Shown here piece after piece: positions 1-13,031 of a stretch of DNA of 64,000 bases (position 1 is its first letter; the number at the start of each line of letters is the position of its first letter). Source of the stretch: the human T2T-CHM13v2.0 reference genome, Homo sapiens. The notes beneath the pieces are model-generated. The model was not told the DNA's origin and made no database searches. It worked only from the letters and a program-made list of their open reading frames with translations. Position numbers and translations under genes: made by a program. Where the stretch lies: NCBI RefSeq assembly GCF_009914755.1, contig NC_060934.1; one strand, given 5' to 3'.

Positions 1-696
1 GTTTATTTGTTTGCTTTAAATCAGTCCCTTGGGTGATTCAAATGTGCTGCAGTATGCAGAACCCATGGGCCGCCCAGAAGGATCGGCTCTCCTGGATAGA
101 CACGAGACTTTCTTTCCACTACAGTGATCATGACGATGAATGTATAACCTCTCGCCAAGCCAGCGGCATCTCCAGCAGTGGGGAGTATGTACCCGTCCTG
201 TGAGCTTGGAGCTCCCTGGCTCCATGCCGTGAAGAAGCTGAACGAGTTCACCCACAGTGTGTTTGGACTCTCAGTTTCTTCATCTGTGCAATGGGTGTAA
301 AGATACCTGTCTGGTGTTCCCCATAGAGTTGTTGGAAAGGTGCAAATGAAACCAGATGTGTTTGGAAAAGCAGCTGGAAATTGTAACTGGGCATTATGCT
401 AAAGGGACCTCTGCTATACCCTAGCATATTAGAGGTGATAAAAAGCCCAGTGCCTGGTGACTTTAGCATGAGAGCACAAATAAGTATCAAAACGTGTCAG
501 CTCATCAAAACATTTATAAAACCCCTTCCAAAAGAGGTACTGGAATAAACGGAGCTGTGCTTACACAGGACGTGGACTTTTAGGAATTCTGATTCGTTGG
601 GGAGAAGTTAAAGCAGTAGAAAACACTACCTTACGTTGTCACTGGTTTCAGACAAACCCGGAGTCTCCATCACCAGCAAAAACCTGCTTTACTGTT

Positions 697-817
697 TATT
701 ATTATTATTTTTTTGAGATGGAGCCCTGCTCTGTCGCCCAGGCTGGAATGCAGTGATGCAATCTCGGCTCACTGCAACCTTCGCCTCCCGGGTTCAAGCG
801 ATTCTTCTGCCTCAGCA
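697..817 (-). mobile_element. Alu fragment (right arm)
   Basis: poly-T then gagatggagccctgctctgtcgcccaggctgg, ending mid-arm. Confidence 0.85.
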
Positions 818-1805
818 GCTGCCCGTTGGGAGACTCGGAGCTCATTACTGAAGCATTACTAAATGTGGCATGTCTTTATTTTCATAGATAAGGCTTCACT
901 TTGGCTTCCAGGAATTAGACTCCGTAGTGGCTACTGGGGCATCGTTTTCTGATTTCCAGGTGCCCCTTTGTAGCTGTCATCAAGCCTGGGAGTGTGGCAC
1001 AGTGGATGGTCAATCTTTGTGTTTTGTTCAGCTGAGAAGAGAGATTGTGCTCATAAAAGCTCACTAAAGCTGGTACGAGTGTTTGCTTATTTCCGAGGGA
1101 AAGAAGGTTCCTGGTCCAGGTGATTTCAGGGTGTTCTGAGACTGCAACAGGGAAAGCAAGCCGACCACATGGGGCTAATATTGACAGTTCCCATAATAGA
1201 TGGACCGGAGCGAGCATACTTTGTTTGACTTTGCCTCAGTTGTTTTCTTTTTCCGAGCCGAATTAACAGCACACACCTGGAGGAACACAGTGGGGATGGT
1301 GTTGTCTTTCCCTCACGAGCAGGAGAGGTTTGGATTGACTGCCCAGGCCAGCTCAGAAGAGGAAATTCTGAAAGGGGATCCGTCTTTGTCATATTCCCTG
1401 AATCAAGTGTTTCTGGCTGCAGCTGCCTAGCCAGGTGTTTTGCTGGCTTTATTGCCTGGCCTTTTATTTTTCTGCCTCTTGACCAACAAGAGGCCTTCCT
1501 GAATGTGCTCCACAAGATGTGTCAGGATGGGGAGTGAGGACACAGCCACCCTGGACGCGGGCAGCCCTGGGGAAGGCATGATGACAGGCTTTTGAGTTCT
1601 TTGGACAGGCCATAAATGAATCGTGTGGGTCTTTGGGGAGCAAAGCAACACTGTTGTAAATCTGTGGGCTTTGTCAGCCTTTCAGTGCTGAACCTGTAGT
1701 TGGTCAAGTCATACAATGTGCAGTGGGCCTATAAAGTAAGGCCTGTTATGAATATGTGAGCTTCTTGAGGGCAGAGCCTTTGACTTTATAAAAAGTACTT
1801 AATTA

Positions 1806-2121
1806 GGCCGGGCGTGGTGATTCATGCCTGTAATCCCAGCACTTTGGAGGCCGAGGCAGTCAGATTGCTTGAGTCCAGGAGTTCGAGACCAGCCTGGGCA
1901 ACATGGTGAAACTACGTCTCTACAAAAATCCAAAAAAAGAAAAATTAAAAAATGAGCCAGGTGTGGTGGCATGCATCTGTAGCCCCAGCTACTCGGGAGG
2001 CTGAGGTGGGAGGATCACTTGAGCCCGGGAGGTGGAGGCTTCAGTGGGCCGTGATCATGCCACTATACTCCATTCTGGGTGACAGAGGGAGCCCCTGTCT
2101 AAAACAAAAGCGAAATCAAAA
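1806..2121 (+). mobile_element. Alu (J-like)
   Basis: ggccgggcgtggtg.. dimer with A tail. Confidence 0.9.
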
Positions 2122-3130
2122 ACGATGTGATCAGTGTTTGCTGAACTGATGGTGCATTATCCAGTGTTTAGAGTGAATTCAAAACTCAAAAGTAGGGAAA
2201 GTGCAAGTGATGGATGTGGCTGTATCTCTACATTCATCTGTGTTCACTTCAAACATTTATGCCTCTCTGTTCGCTTGACTGCAGCGGTGGGCTGTGCTGG
2301 ATACCACTAGGATTATGAATGATGCCATCTGCACACAGGCATTTGTCACTGCCCCCCTAGAGAGAACAGAGTTTCCCTGACTTGCTATGATGAGGTAATG
2401 GCATAATGGATCTGAAAGTGCTTTTCAGCTGGAGTGCGGCGTGGCAGTGGTGAGATTTCATTAATGTGAATGCTCATAGCAACCAGCTGTTTTATCTCGC
2501 TGCTTCCACTATGAGGCAAGAGGGTGATGGAACACGTTATAGATTGCTAGCACACTGCTAACCCTGCACACACATATATTGCTTATAATATCACACTACT
2601 TATTATGCAAATTCGGTAGCAATGTGGGTCTCCTTTGGGCCACATTTGGAAGTGTGTGCATCAAGTAAATAAAAATTTCTAAGGTAGCACAGAGCACTTA
2701 CCACCACAATGATGAAAAGAATAATGTCCCTTCAGTTCTAGCCTAGATGCTACACACTGCCCTGTGGGTTCACACTAGTGAATTTAATTAGCAAGATGAC
2801 ATGGTGAGATAGAGATAGGAGTGTTATTTCCTTTTTACAGATAAGGCCTAAAGTCAAGAAGTATGTGGGGCAGGCAGGATTTCAGCTCGTAGTTTGGCCT
2901 TGCCTCAAAGTCTGTATTATTGATAATTATGTTTTAGTAACAACTTAGTTCCATGGGTTCCCTGATGTAGGTTTTACAGAGTACGAAGCTAGCATAGGCT
3001 TCAGTCAAAGCTGTCTTGCAGCTTGAAAGAAGAAATGATATTATTCGCTTTCCCCACTCAATAAGAAGTGTCTAATACAATGTGTGGTACATGGCTAGTG
3101 CCGTGTATTTACTGGTATACGTTTATAGCC

Positions 3131-3461
3131 TTTATTTTATTTTATTGTGTTTTATTTTATTTTATTTTTGAGACCAAGTCTCACTCTGTCGCCCAGGCTG
3201 GAACGCAGTGGTATAATCTTGGCTCACTGCAGCCTCTGCCTCCTGGGTTCAAGTGATTCTCCTGCCTCAGCCTCCTGACTAGCTGGGACTACAGGTGTGC
3301 ACCACCACACCTGGCTAATTTTTTTTTTTTATTTTTTATTTTTAGTAGAGACGGGGTTTCGCCATGTTGGCCAGGCTGGTCTCGAACTCCTGACCTCAGG
3401 TGATCCACCCCCCTTGGCCTCCCAAAGTGCTGGGATTACAGCATGAGCCACCACACCTGGC
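3131..3461 (-). mobile_element. AluS
   Basis: Full dimer with (tttta)n tail. Confidence 0.9.
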
Positions 3462-3704
3462 CTAGCCTTTCTTTTTAAAAAAAGTTTTTAAATTTATATG
3501 CAGTAAAAATGACTCTTACGGTGTGCAGTCTGAATTCTGACACAGGCATAGAATCATATTACCACCACCACAATCGGATACAGAACATTCCCATAACTTC
3601 GCCAGATTCCCCTGTGTTACTCCTTTGCAGTCCAACTATCTGTCCAGCCCGAAGCCTCGGCAGCCTTTCTCTATAGTTCGCTTTGCCTATAGTTTTCCTT
3701 TTCT

Positions 3705-4211
<507 letters not shown>

Positions 4212-4409
4212 ATAGTTTTCCTTTTCTAGAATGTAATACTCTTAACAGTATACAGCTTCTTTCTCTTAGCATAATTTCTTTGGAGATTCATCCATGTCGT
4301 TGCATGTATCAACAGTCTGTTCCTTTTCGTTGCTGAATGGTAAGCCATTGTATGGTGGTGAAGGGTTTGTTTCACCATTCTCAGTTGAAGGGCTTTGAGG
4401 TTCTTTCCA

Positions 4410-4707
4410 GTTTGTTTGTTTGTTTTTTGAGACAGAATCTTGCTCTGTCATCCAGGCTGGAGTGCAGTGGCGTCATCTTGATTTACTGCAAGCTCTGCCT
4501 CCTGGGTTCAAGCAATTCTCTGCCTCAGCCTCCTGAGTAGCTGGGATTACAGTTGTGCAGCACCACGCCTGGCTAATTTTTGTATTTTTAGTAGAGACGG
4601 GGTTTCACCATCCTGGCCAGGCTGGTCTTGAACCCCTGACCTCGTGATCTACCCACCTCAGCCTCCCAAAGTGCTGGGATTACAGGCGTGAGCCACCGCG
4701 CCCAGCC
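4410..4707 (-). mobile_element. AluS
   Basis: Full dimer. Confidence 0.9.
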
Positions 4708-6462
4708 TCCAGTTTTAATGATTTTGAATATAGCTGTTACAAGCATTTGCCTATAGGTTTCTATGTGAACATATGTTTTCATTTATCTTGGGTAAATAAA
4801 TAGCTAGGAGTGGGATTGCTGGGTCATATGTAAGTATTTATTGAACCTTGTCAGAAATTGCTAAACTGTTTTCCAAAGCATCTATGCCATTTTGTATTTG
4901 CACCAGCAGCGTATCATGATGCTGTTGCTCTATATTCTTGTTAGCTCTTGTTATTGTCAGTTTTTAAAACATTCTAGTCAAATTAATAGTCATGTAGTGA
5001 TATCTCACTATGGTATGAATTTTCAATTCCCTAATAACTTATGAGTTTGAGCATCTTTTCATCTGCCTGTTTGCCATCTGTATATCTTTAATGGAGTGTT
5101 TGTTCAAATCATTTACCCGTGTTTAAAAACCACGTTGTTTTTCTTGTGGAATTTTGAGAGTTCTTTATAGATGTTGCCTTTCCATATAAATGTTAAGACT
5201 ATCTTGTCAGTTTCTACAGCAGACTTGCTGGGATTTGAATTGGGATTGCATCGAATCTGTACATCAACTTTGGAAAAACTAATATCTTTGTAGTATTGAC
5301 CTTCCAGTTCATAGACATGATCTGTCCATTTATTTTGGTTTTCTTTGATTTCTTTAATCAATGTTTTATAGTTTTCAGCATTTTATCCTGTATGTACGTT
5401 GTTATAGTAATGTTTACACCCAAGCATTTTATTTTTGCAGCTGTTGTGAATAGTATTATTTTTAAAATTTTTATTTCCAATTGTTCATTGCTCGTATATA
5501 GAAACATAGTTGGTTTTTATGTGTATGCTGTGACCTTGCCAAACTCACTTAATAGTTCTAGATGCTTTTTTTGGGTCAGTTCTTTGAGATTTTTAAAAAC
5601 ATAAACAATCATGTTATCTGCAAACAGAGATATATTTTATCCTTTTCAATCTGTATGCCTTGCTTTATTGTCCTCACTAGGACTTTCAGTGTGATGCTGA
5701 ATAGGACATAGAAATGATGAGAGAGCAGACATCCTTCTTTGCCTTATTCTTGACCTGAACAGAAACCATTCAGGCTTTTACCCTAAAGTATGATGTTAGC
5801 TGTAGGAATTTTGTAGATCCTCTTTATCTAGTTAAGGAAGTTTGCTTTCTATTTCTAGTTTGCTGAAGTTGTTTTAAGTCATATGTGGATATTGAATATT
5901 ATGAAATACTTTTTATGTGTCTGTTGAGATGTCATATGGCTTTTCTTAGTCTGTTAAAATGGTAGATTATATCGGTTGATTTTTGAATGTTGAACCCGCT
6001 TTGTATTCTTGAAATGCATATCACGTAGTTGTGGTGTATTTTTTTTTATTATATATTGCTGGATCCCATTTGGTAACAGTTTGTTAAGAAGTTTTGTGTC
6101 TGTGCTCATGGAGAATATTGGTACTATTTTATATTCCTACCAGCAGTGTATAACTTTTAATGTCTTTGTCTGATTTTGATATCAAAGGAATCCTTGACTT
6201 ACAAAATGAGTTGCAAAGTATTTCCTTCTCTTCTGTTTTCTAGAAGAAATGGTGTAGAATTGGTATTATTTTTTACTTAAATTCTTGGTGCAATTCATCA
6301 GTGAAATTACTTGGACCTTCAGTTTTCTTTTTTGGAAGGACTTTAACTACAAACTCAATTTCTTTACTAGATACAGTAGTATATCCAGATTGCCTGTTTT
6401 TTCTCAAGTGGTAGTTTTTATCTACTAAAGAACTGGTCTATTTCATCTAAGCTACGCAAAGC

Positions 6463-6673
6463 TAAGCATTAGCAAACTGAAGCCCACAGGCCAGCCACCT
6501 CTTTTTATGAATAAAGTTTTATTGGAACACAGCCATGCCTGTTCATTTGCTTATTGTCCATGGCTACCTTTACACTATAATGGCAGAGTGGAATAGTTAT
6601 GACAGAGACCATATGACCAACAAATTTTAAATATTTGCTGCTTGCCCATTACAAAAATATTTGCTCACATCTG
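6463..6673. mobile_element. MER58A-like hAT-Charlie fossil nested in the L1M
   Basis: aataaagttttattggaacacagccatgcc...gacagagaccatatg...aatatttgctg...ttgctcacatctg matches the recalled MER58A consensus. Confidence 0.8.
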
Positions 6674-6775
6674 ATTGGAGTTGTCTCATACTTGGGCTTA
6701 GGGTTGTTCATAATGTTCTTTTATTAGCCCTTTAATGTCTATAGGGTCTGTAGTGATATGTCTTTATTCATTCTT

Positions 6776-9287
6776 TTTTTATTTTTTATTTTTTATTTTT
6801 TTTTTTTATTGATCATTCTTGGGTGTTTCTCGCAGAGGGGGATTTGGCAGGGTCACAGGACAATAGTGGAGGGAAGGTCAGCAGATAAACAAGTGAACAA
6901 AGGTCTCTGGTTTTCCTAGGCAGAGGACCCTGCGGCCTTCCGCAGTGTTTGTGTCCCTGGGTACTTAAGATTAGGGAGTGGTGATGACTCTTAACGAGCA
7001 TGCTGCCTTCAAGCATCTGTTTAACAAAGCACATCTTGCACCGCCCTTAATCCATTTAACCCTGAGTGGACACAGCACATGTTTCAGAGAGCACAGGGTT
7101 GGGGTTAAGGTCACAGATCAACAGGATCCCAAGGCAGAAGAATTTTTCTTAGTACAGAACAAAATGAAAAGTCTCCCATATCTACTTCTTTCTACACAGA
7201 CCCGGCAACCATCCGATTTCTCAATTTTTTCCCCACCCTTCCCGCCTTTCTATTCCACAAAACCGCCATTGTCATCATGGCCCATCCCCAATGAGCCGCT
7301 GGGCACACCTCCCAGACGGGGTGGTGGCCGGGCAGAGGGGCTCCTCACTTCCCAGTAGGGGTGGCCGGGCAGAAGCGCCCCTCACCTCCTGGATAGGGCG
7401 GCTGGCCGGGCGGGGGGCTGACCCCCCCACCACCCTCCCGGACAGGGCGGCTGGCCAGACAGAGGGGTCCTCACTTCCCAGTAGGGGCGGCCGGGCAGAG
7501 GCGCCCCTCACCTCCTGGATAGGGCGGCTGGCCGGGCGGGGGGCTGACCCCCCCACCTCCCTCCCGGACGGGGCGACTGGCCGGGCAGAGGGGTCCTCAC
7601 TTCCCAGTAGGGGCGGCCGGGCAGAGGCGCCCCTCACCTCCCGGACGGGGGGCTGACCCCCCCACCTCCCTCCCGGACGGGGCGGCTGGCCGACCCCCCC
7701 CCCCCCGCCTCCCTCCCGGACGGGGCGGCTGGCCGGGCAGGGGGCTGACCTCCCCACCTCCCTCCCGGATGGGGTGGCTGGCCAGGCGGGGGGCTGACCC
7801 CCCCACCTCCCTCCCGGACGGGGCGGCTGGCCGGGCAGAGGCGCTCCTCACTTCCCAGTAGGGGCGGCCGGGCAGAGGCGCCCCTCACCTCCCGGACGGG
7901 GCGGCTGGCCGGGCGGGGGGCTGATCCCCCCACCTCCCTTCCGGACGGGGCGGCTGGCCGGGCGGGGGGCTGACCCCCCTCCTCCCTCCCGGACGGGGCG
8001 GCTGGCCGGGCAGAGGGATCCTCACTTCCCAGTAGGGGCGGCCGGGCAGAGGCGCCCCTCACCTCCCGGACGGGGCGGCTGGCCAGGCGGGGGGCTGATC
8101 CCCCCACCTCCCTCCCGGACGGGGCGGCTGGCCGGGCAGGGGGCTGACCCCCCCTCCCCCCTCCCGGACGGGGCGGCTGGCCGGGCGGGGGGCTGACCCC
8201 CCACCTCCCTCCCGGACTGGGCGGCTGGCCGGGTGGGGGGCTGACCCCCCCACCTCCCTCCTGGACGGGGCAACTGGCCGGGCAGAGGGGCTCCTCACTT
8301 CCCAGTAGGGGCGGCCGGGCAGAGGAGCCCCTCACCTCCCGGACGGGGCGGCTGGCCGGGTGGGGGGCTGACCCCCCCCCACCTCCCTCCCGGACGGGGT
8401 GGCTGCCGGGCGGAGAGGCTCCTCACTTCCCAGATGGGGTGGCTGCCGGACGGAGGGGCTCCCCACTTCTCAGACGGGGCGGTTGCCAGGCAGAGGGTTT
8501 CCTCACTTCTCAGACGGGGTGGCCGGGCAGAGACGCTCCTCACCTCCCAGACAGGGTTGCGGCCCAGCAGAGGCGCTCCTCACATCCTAGACAGGGCGGC
8601 GGGGCAGAGGCGCTCCCCACTCAGACGATGGGCGGGTCAGGCAGAGATGCTCCTCACTTCCTAGTTGGGATGGCGGCCGGGCAGAGACGCTCCTCACTTC
8701 TTAGATGGGATGGCGGCTGGGCAGAGACGCTCCTCACTTTCCAGACTGGGCAGCCAGGCAGAGGGGCTCCTCACCTCCCAGACGATGGGCGGCCAGGCAG
8801 AGACGCTCCTCACTTCCCAGACGGGGTGGCGGCCGGGCAGAGGCTGCAATCTCGGCTCTTTGGGAGGCCAAGGCAGGCGGCTGGGAGGTGTAGGTTGTAG
8901 TGAGCTGAGATCACGCCACTGCACTCCAGCCTGGGCACCATTGAGCACTGAGTGAACGAGACTCCGTCTGCAATCCCGGCACCTCGGGAGGCCGAGGCTG
9001 GCGGATCACTCGCGGTTAGGAGCTGGAGACCAGCCCGGCCAACACAGCAAAACCCAGTCTCCACCAAAAAAAAACGAAAACCAGTCAGGCGTGGCAGCGC
9101 GCGCCTGCAATCGCAGGCACTCGGCAGGCTGAGGCAGGAGAATCAGGCAGGGAGGTTGCAGTGAGCCGAGATGGCAGCAGTACCGTCCAGCTTTGGCTCG
9201 GCATCAGAGGGAGACCGTGGAAGGAGACCGTGGGGAGAGGGAGAGGGAGGGGGAGGGGGAGGGGGAGGGGGAGGGGGAGGGGGAGAG
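6776..9287 (-). mobile_element. Full-length SVA (~2.5 kb, long VNTR, SVA_E-like), antisense to CAMK1D
   Basis: On + strand: poly-T, SINE-R (ttgatcattcttgggtgtttctcgcagaggggg), GC-rich VNTR ~7310-8830, Alu-like region, (GGGAGA/GGGGGA)n hexamers to 9287. 14-bp TSD ctttattcattctt at 6762-6775 and 9288-9301, nick TCTT/AA. Subfamily from recalled variants (cccatccccaatgagccgct), unverified. Confidence 0.97.
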
Positions 9288-10503
9288 CTTTATTCATTCT
9301 TAAGATTGGTAATTTGTGTTCTCTTTTTAAAATCAGCTTGGCTAGAGGTTTATCAGTTTTCTATATCTTTTAAAAGAGACAGCTTATAGTTTGATTGATT
9401 TGCTTTATTGTTTTTCTGTTTTCAATTTCATTGATTCCTGTTCTTATCCTTATATGTTCTTTCCTTCTGCCAAATTTGGGTTAAATTTGCTCTTCTTTTT
9501 CTAGTTTCTTGAAGTGAAATGTTATATGTTTGATTTTAGATCTTTCTTATTTCTCATATAAGCACTTAATGTCATACATTTCTCTCCAAGCTATATTCCA
9601 CAAATTTTTGGTACTTTGTATTTTTATTTCAGTTAATTCAAGATGTTTTCTAACTTGCCTGTCTTTGACTTTTGGACTATTTAGAAGTGAGTTGTTTGCT
9701 TTCCACATATTTGAGAATAATCTACATAATCTGATATTGATTTCTGGCTTAAGTAAATTACAGTCAGATAACATACTTTGTGATTTTTTTTAATTTAAAG
9801 TTTGTTTTATGATAAAGTTTGATTTATATATGTAGTATATCTTGTTGAATGTTCCATGTGTGCTTAAAAAGACTTTGTGTTCTGCCATTAGTGAGTAGAG
9901 TGTAAATTAGGTAAAAACATTTAATAGTATCATGCAGGACTTCTGTATCCCCGCCAATTTTCTGTCTGCTTGTTCTATTTGTTACCAAGAAAGGGGTGTT
10001 GAAATAACCATCCAAGTATAATGTTGGATTTGTCCTATTTTTCTTTCAGTTATTGCCTCACATATTTTGAAGCCCTGTTTTTAGATAGGTACACATTTAA
10101 TATTGTTACTTCTTTGTGGTGAATTTATTCTTTTATCATTATATGACAATCCTCTTTTTCATGGATGTTCTTGTTCTGAAGTTTACTTTGTTTGCTATTT
10201 ATATTCATTTTTCTTTTGGTTAGTATGCATGATACTTCTTCTCCCATCCTTTTAACTGACCTTATATATATATCATTATAGGTGTTTCTTATAGATAGCA
10301 TATATTTGAACTAGCTTTTGGAAATCCAGTCTAATAATCTGTATCTTTTTATTGATGTATTTGAGCCATTTACATTTACTCTAATTATTATTAGAGTAAA
10401 TAGTGGGCCTACTATTTTATTATTTGCTTTGCGTTGATCTCTTCTGGTTTTTGTTCCTGTCTTCACCCTTTCCTGCCTTCTTTTGTGTTATATGATATAT
10501 TTC

Positions 10504-12104
10504 CTTTTTTTTTCTTTTTTTTTTTTTTTATTGATCATTCTTGGGTGTTTCTCGCAGAGGGGGATTTGGCAGGGTCACAGGACAATAGTGGAGGGAAGGT
10601 CAGCAGACAAACAAGTGAACAAAGGTCTCTGGTTTTCCTAGACAGAGGACCCTGCGGCCCTCCGCAGTGTTTGTGTCCCTGGGTACTTAAGATTAGGGAG
10701 TGGTGATGACTCTTAACGAGCATGCTGCCTTCAAGCATCTTTTTAACAAAGCACATCTTGCACCGCCCTTAATCCATTTAACCCTGAGTGGACACAGCAC
10801 ATGTTTCAGAGAGCACAGGGTTGGGGGCAAGGTCATAGATCAACAGGATCCCAAGGCAGAAGAATCTTTCTTAGTACAGAACAAAATGAAAAGTCTCCCA
10901 TGTCCACTTCTTTCCACACAGACACAGCAACCATCTGATTGCTCAATATTTTCCCCACCTTTCCCCCTTTTCTATTCCACAAAACCGCCATTGTCATCAT
11001 GGCCCGTTCTCAATGAGCTGTTGGGTACACCTCCCAGACGGGGTGGTGGCCGGGCAGAGGGGCTCCTCACTTCCCAGAAGGGGCGGCCGGGCAGAGGCGC
11101 CCACCACCTCCCAGACGGGGCGGCTGGCCGGGCGGAGGCGCCCCCCACCTCCCTCCCGGACAGGGCGGCTGGCCGGGCGGGGGCTGACCCCCCACCTCCC
11201 TCCCGGACGGGGCGGCTGGCCGGGCGGGGGCTGACCCCCCACCTGCCTCCCAGACGGGGCGGCTGGCCTGGTGGGGGCTGATCCCCATCTCCCTCCCAGA
11301 TGGGGTGGCTGCCGGGCGGAGACGCTCCTCACTTCCCAGACGGGGTGGCTGCCGGGCGGAGACGCTCCTCACTTCTCAGTCGGGGCGGCTGCCGGGTGGA
11401 GGGGCTCCTCACTTCTCAGACGGGGCGGCTGGGCAGAGACGCTCCTCACCTCCCAGACGGGGTCGCGGCTGGGCAGAGGCGCTCCTCACATCCCAGACGG
11501 GGCGGTGGGGCAGAGGTGCTCCCCACATTTCAGATGATGGGCGGCCGGGAAGAGGCGCTCCTCACTTCCCAGACTGGGTGGCCGGGCAGAGGGGCTCCTC
11601 ACTTCTCAGACGATGGGCGGCCAGGCAGAGACGCTCCTCATTTCCCAGACAGGGTGGCGGCCGGGCAGAGGCTGCAATCTCGGCACTTTGGGAGGCCAAG
11701 GCAGGCGGCTGGGAGGTGGAGGTTGTAGCCAGCCGAGATCAGGCCACTGCACTCCAGCCTGGGCACCATTGAGCACTGAGTGAATGAGACTCCGTCTGCA
11801 ATCCCGGCACCTCGGGAGGCCGAGGCTGGCGGATCACTCGCAGTTAGGAGCTGGAGACCAGCCCGGCCAACACAGCGAAACCCCGTCTCCACCAAAAAAA
11901 TACGAAAACCAGTCAGGCGTGGCGGATCACGCCTGCAATCGCAGGCACTCGGCAGGCTGAGGCAGGAGAATCAGGCAGGGAGGTTGCAGTGAGCCGAGAT
12001 GGCAGCAGTACAGTCCAGCTTTGGCTGGGCATCAGAGGGAGACCGTGGAAAGAGAGGGAGAGGGAGACCGTGGGGAGAGGGAGAGGGAGAGGGAGCGGGA
12101 GAGG
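10504..12104 (-). mobile_element. Full-length SVA (~1.6 kb, shorter VNTR, older SVA_C/D-like), antisense to CAMK1D
   Basis: Same domain order; 15-bp TSD tatatgatatatttc at 10489-10503 and 12105-12119. Confidence 0.96.
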
Positions 12105-12199
12105 TATATGATATATTTCATATCCAATTTAAACTTTATCTCTACTGAGTCTTTACTGACTCTTTCTTTCGTGGTGTTTATGTGTGTGTGTTTTGTAGG

Positions 12200-12577
12200 G
12201 ATTATTTATTTATTTATTTATTTATTTTTTTGAGATGGAGTCTCGCTCTGTTGCCCAGGCTTGGCGCGATCTCGGCTCACTGCAAGCTCTGCTTCCCGGG
12301 TTCACACCATTCTCCTGCCTCAGCCTCCTGAGTAGCTGGGACTACAGGCACCCACCACCACGCCTGGCTAATTTTTTGTATATTTTAGTAGAGACAGGGT
12401 TTCACGTTGTTAGCCAGGATGGTCTTGATCTCCTGACATCGTAATTTTTTGTATTTTTTAGTAGAGACAGGGTTTCACGTTGTTAGCCAGGATGGTCTTG
12501 ATCTCCTGAGATCGTAATCCGCCCATCTCAGCCTCCCAAAGTGCTGGAATTACAGGCGTGAGCCACTGCACCTGGCC
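12200..12577 (-). mobile_element. AluY with internal 73-bp duplication
   Basis: AluY bases; 12369-12441 repeated at 12442-12514. Confidence 0.9.
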
Positions 12578-12738
12578 AGGATTTATAATATACATACCTA
12601 CCATTCACAGCCTACTTTAAGGTAGCATTTTATCACCTGAAGAAAATCTAAAAGTCCTATAACCAAATAGACTTGTTTAGTGTTTCCTCTTCATAGTTTT
12701 TATATTTATTACATCTACATACATAAAAACATCATTTT

Positions 12739-13031
12739 GACCAGGCGCGGTGGCGCACGCCTGTAATCCCAGTACTTTGGGAGGCTGAGGCGGGCGGATC
12801 ACGAGGTCAGGAGACCGAGACCATCCTGGCTAACACGGTGAAAACCCGTCTCTACTAAAAATACAAAAAATTAGCTGAGTGTGATGGCGGGTACCTGTGG
12901 TCCCAGCTACTCAGGAGGCTGAGGCAGGAGAATGGCGTGAACCCAGGAGGCAGAGCTTGCAGTGAGCCAAGATGGCACCACTGCACTCCAGCCTGGGCGA
13001 CAGAGTGAGACTCCATCTCAAAAAAAAAAAA
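12739..13031 (+). mobile_element. AluY
   Basis: ggctaacacggtg, gaatggcgtgaacc, gagcttgcag; TSD ~atcatttt. Confidence 0.9.

Noticed and set aside
7310-8830. CpG-island promoter
   Set aside because: CpG richness is fully explained by the SVA VNTR; no exon or start site is identifiable.
6978-9389. Many long G/P/R-rich ORFs (also 10700-11992)
   Set aside because: They are translations of the GC-rich, stop-poor SVA VNTR, SINE-R and hexamers; SVAs are non-coding.
9547-10015. Intact endonuclease/reverse transcriptase gene
   Set aside because: Only short, frameshifted L1 ORF2 remnants; a dead fossil.
6776-12104. The two SVAs as a segmental/tandem duplication
   Set aside because: Different TSDs, flanks, VNTR sizes and diagnostic bases show independent insertions.
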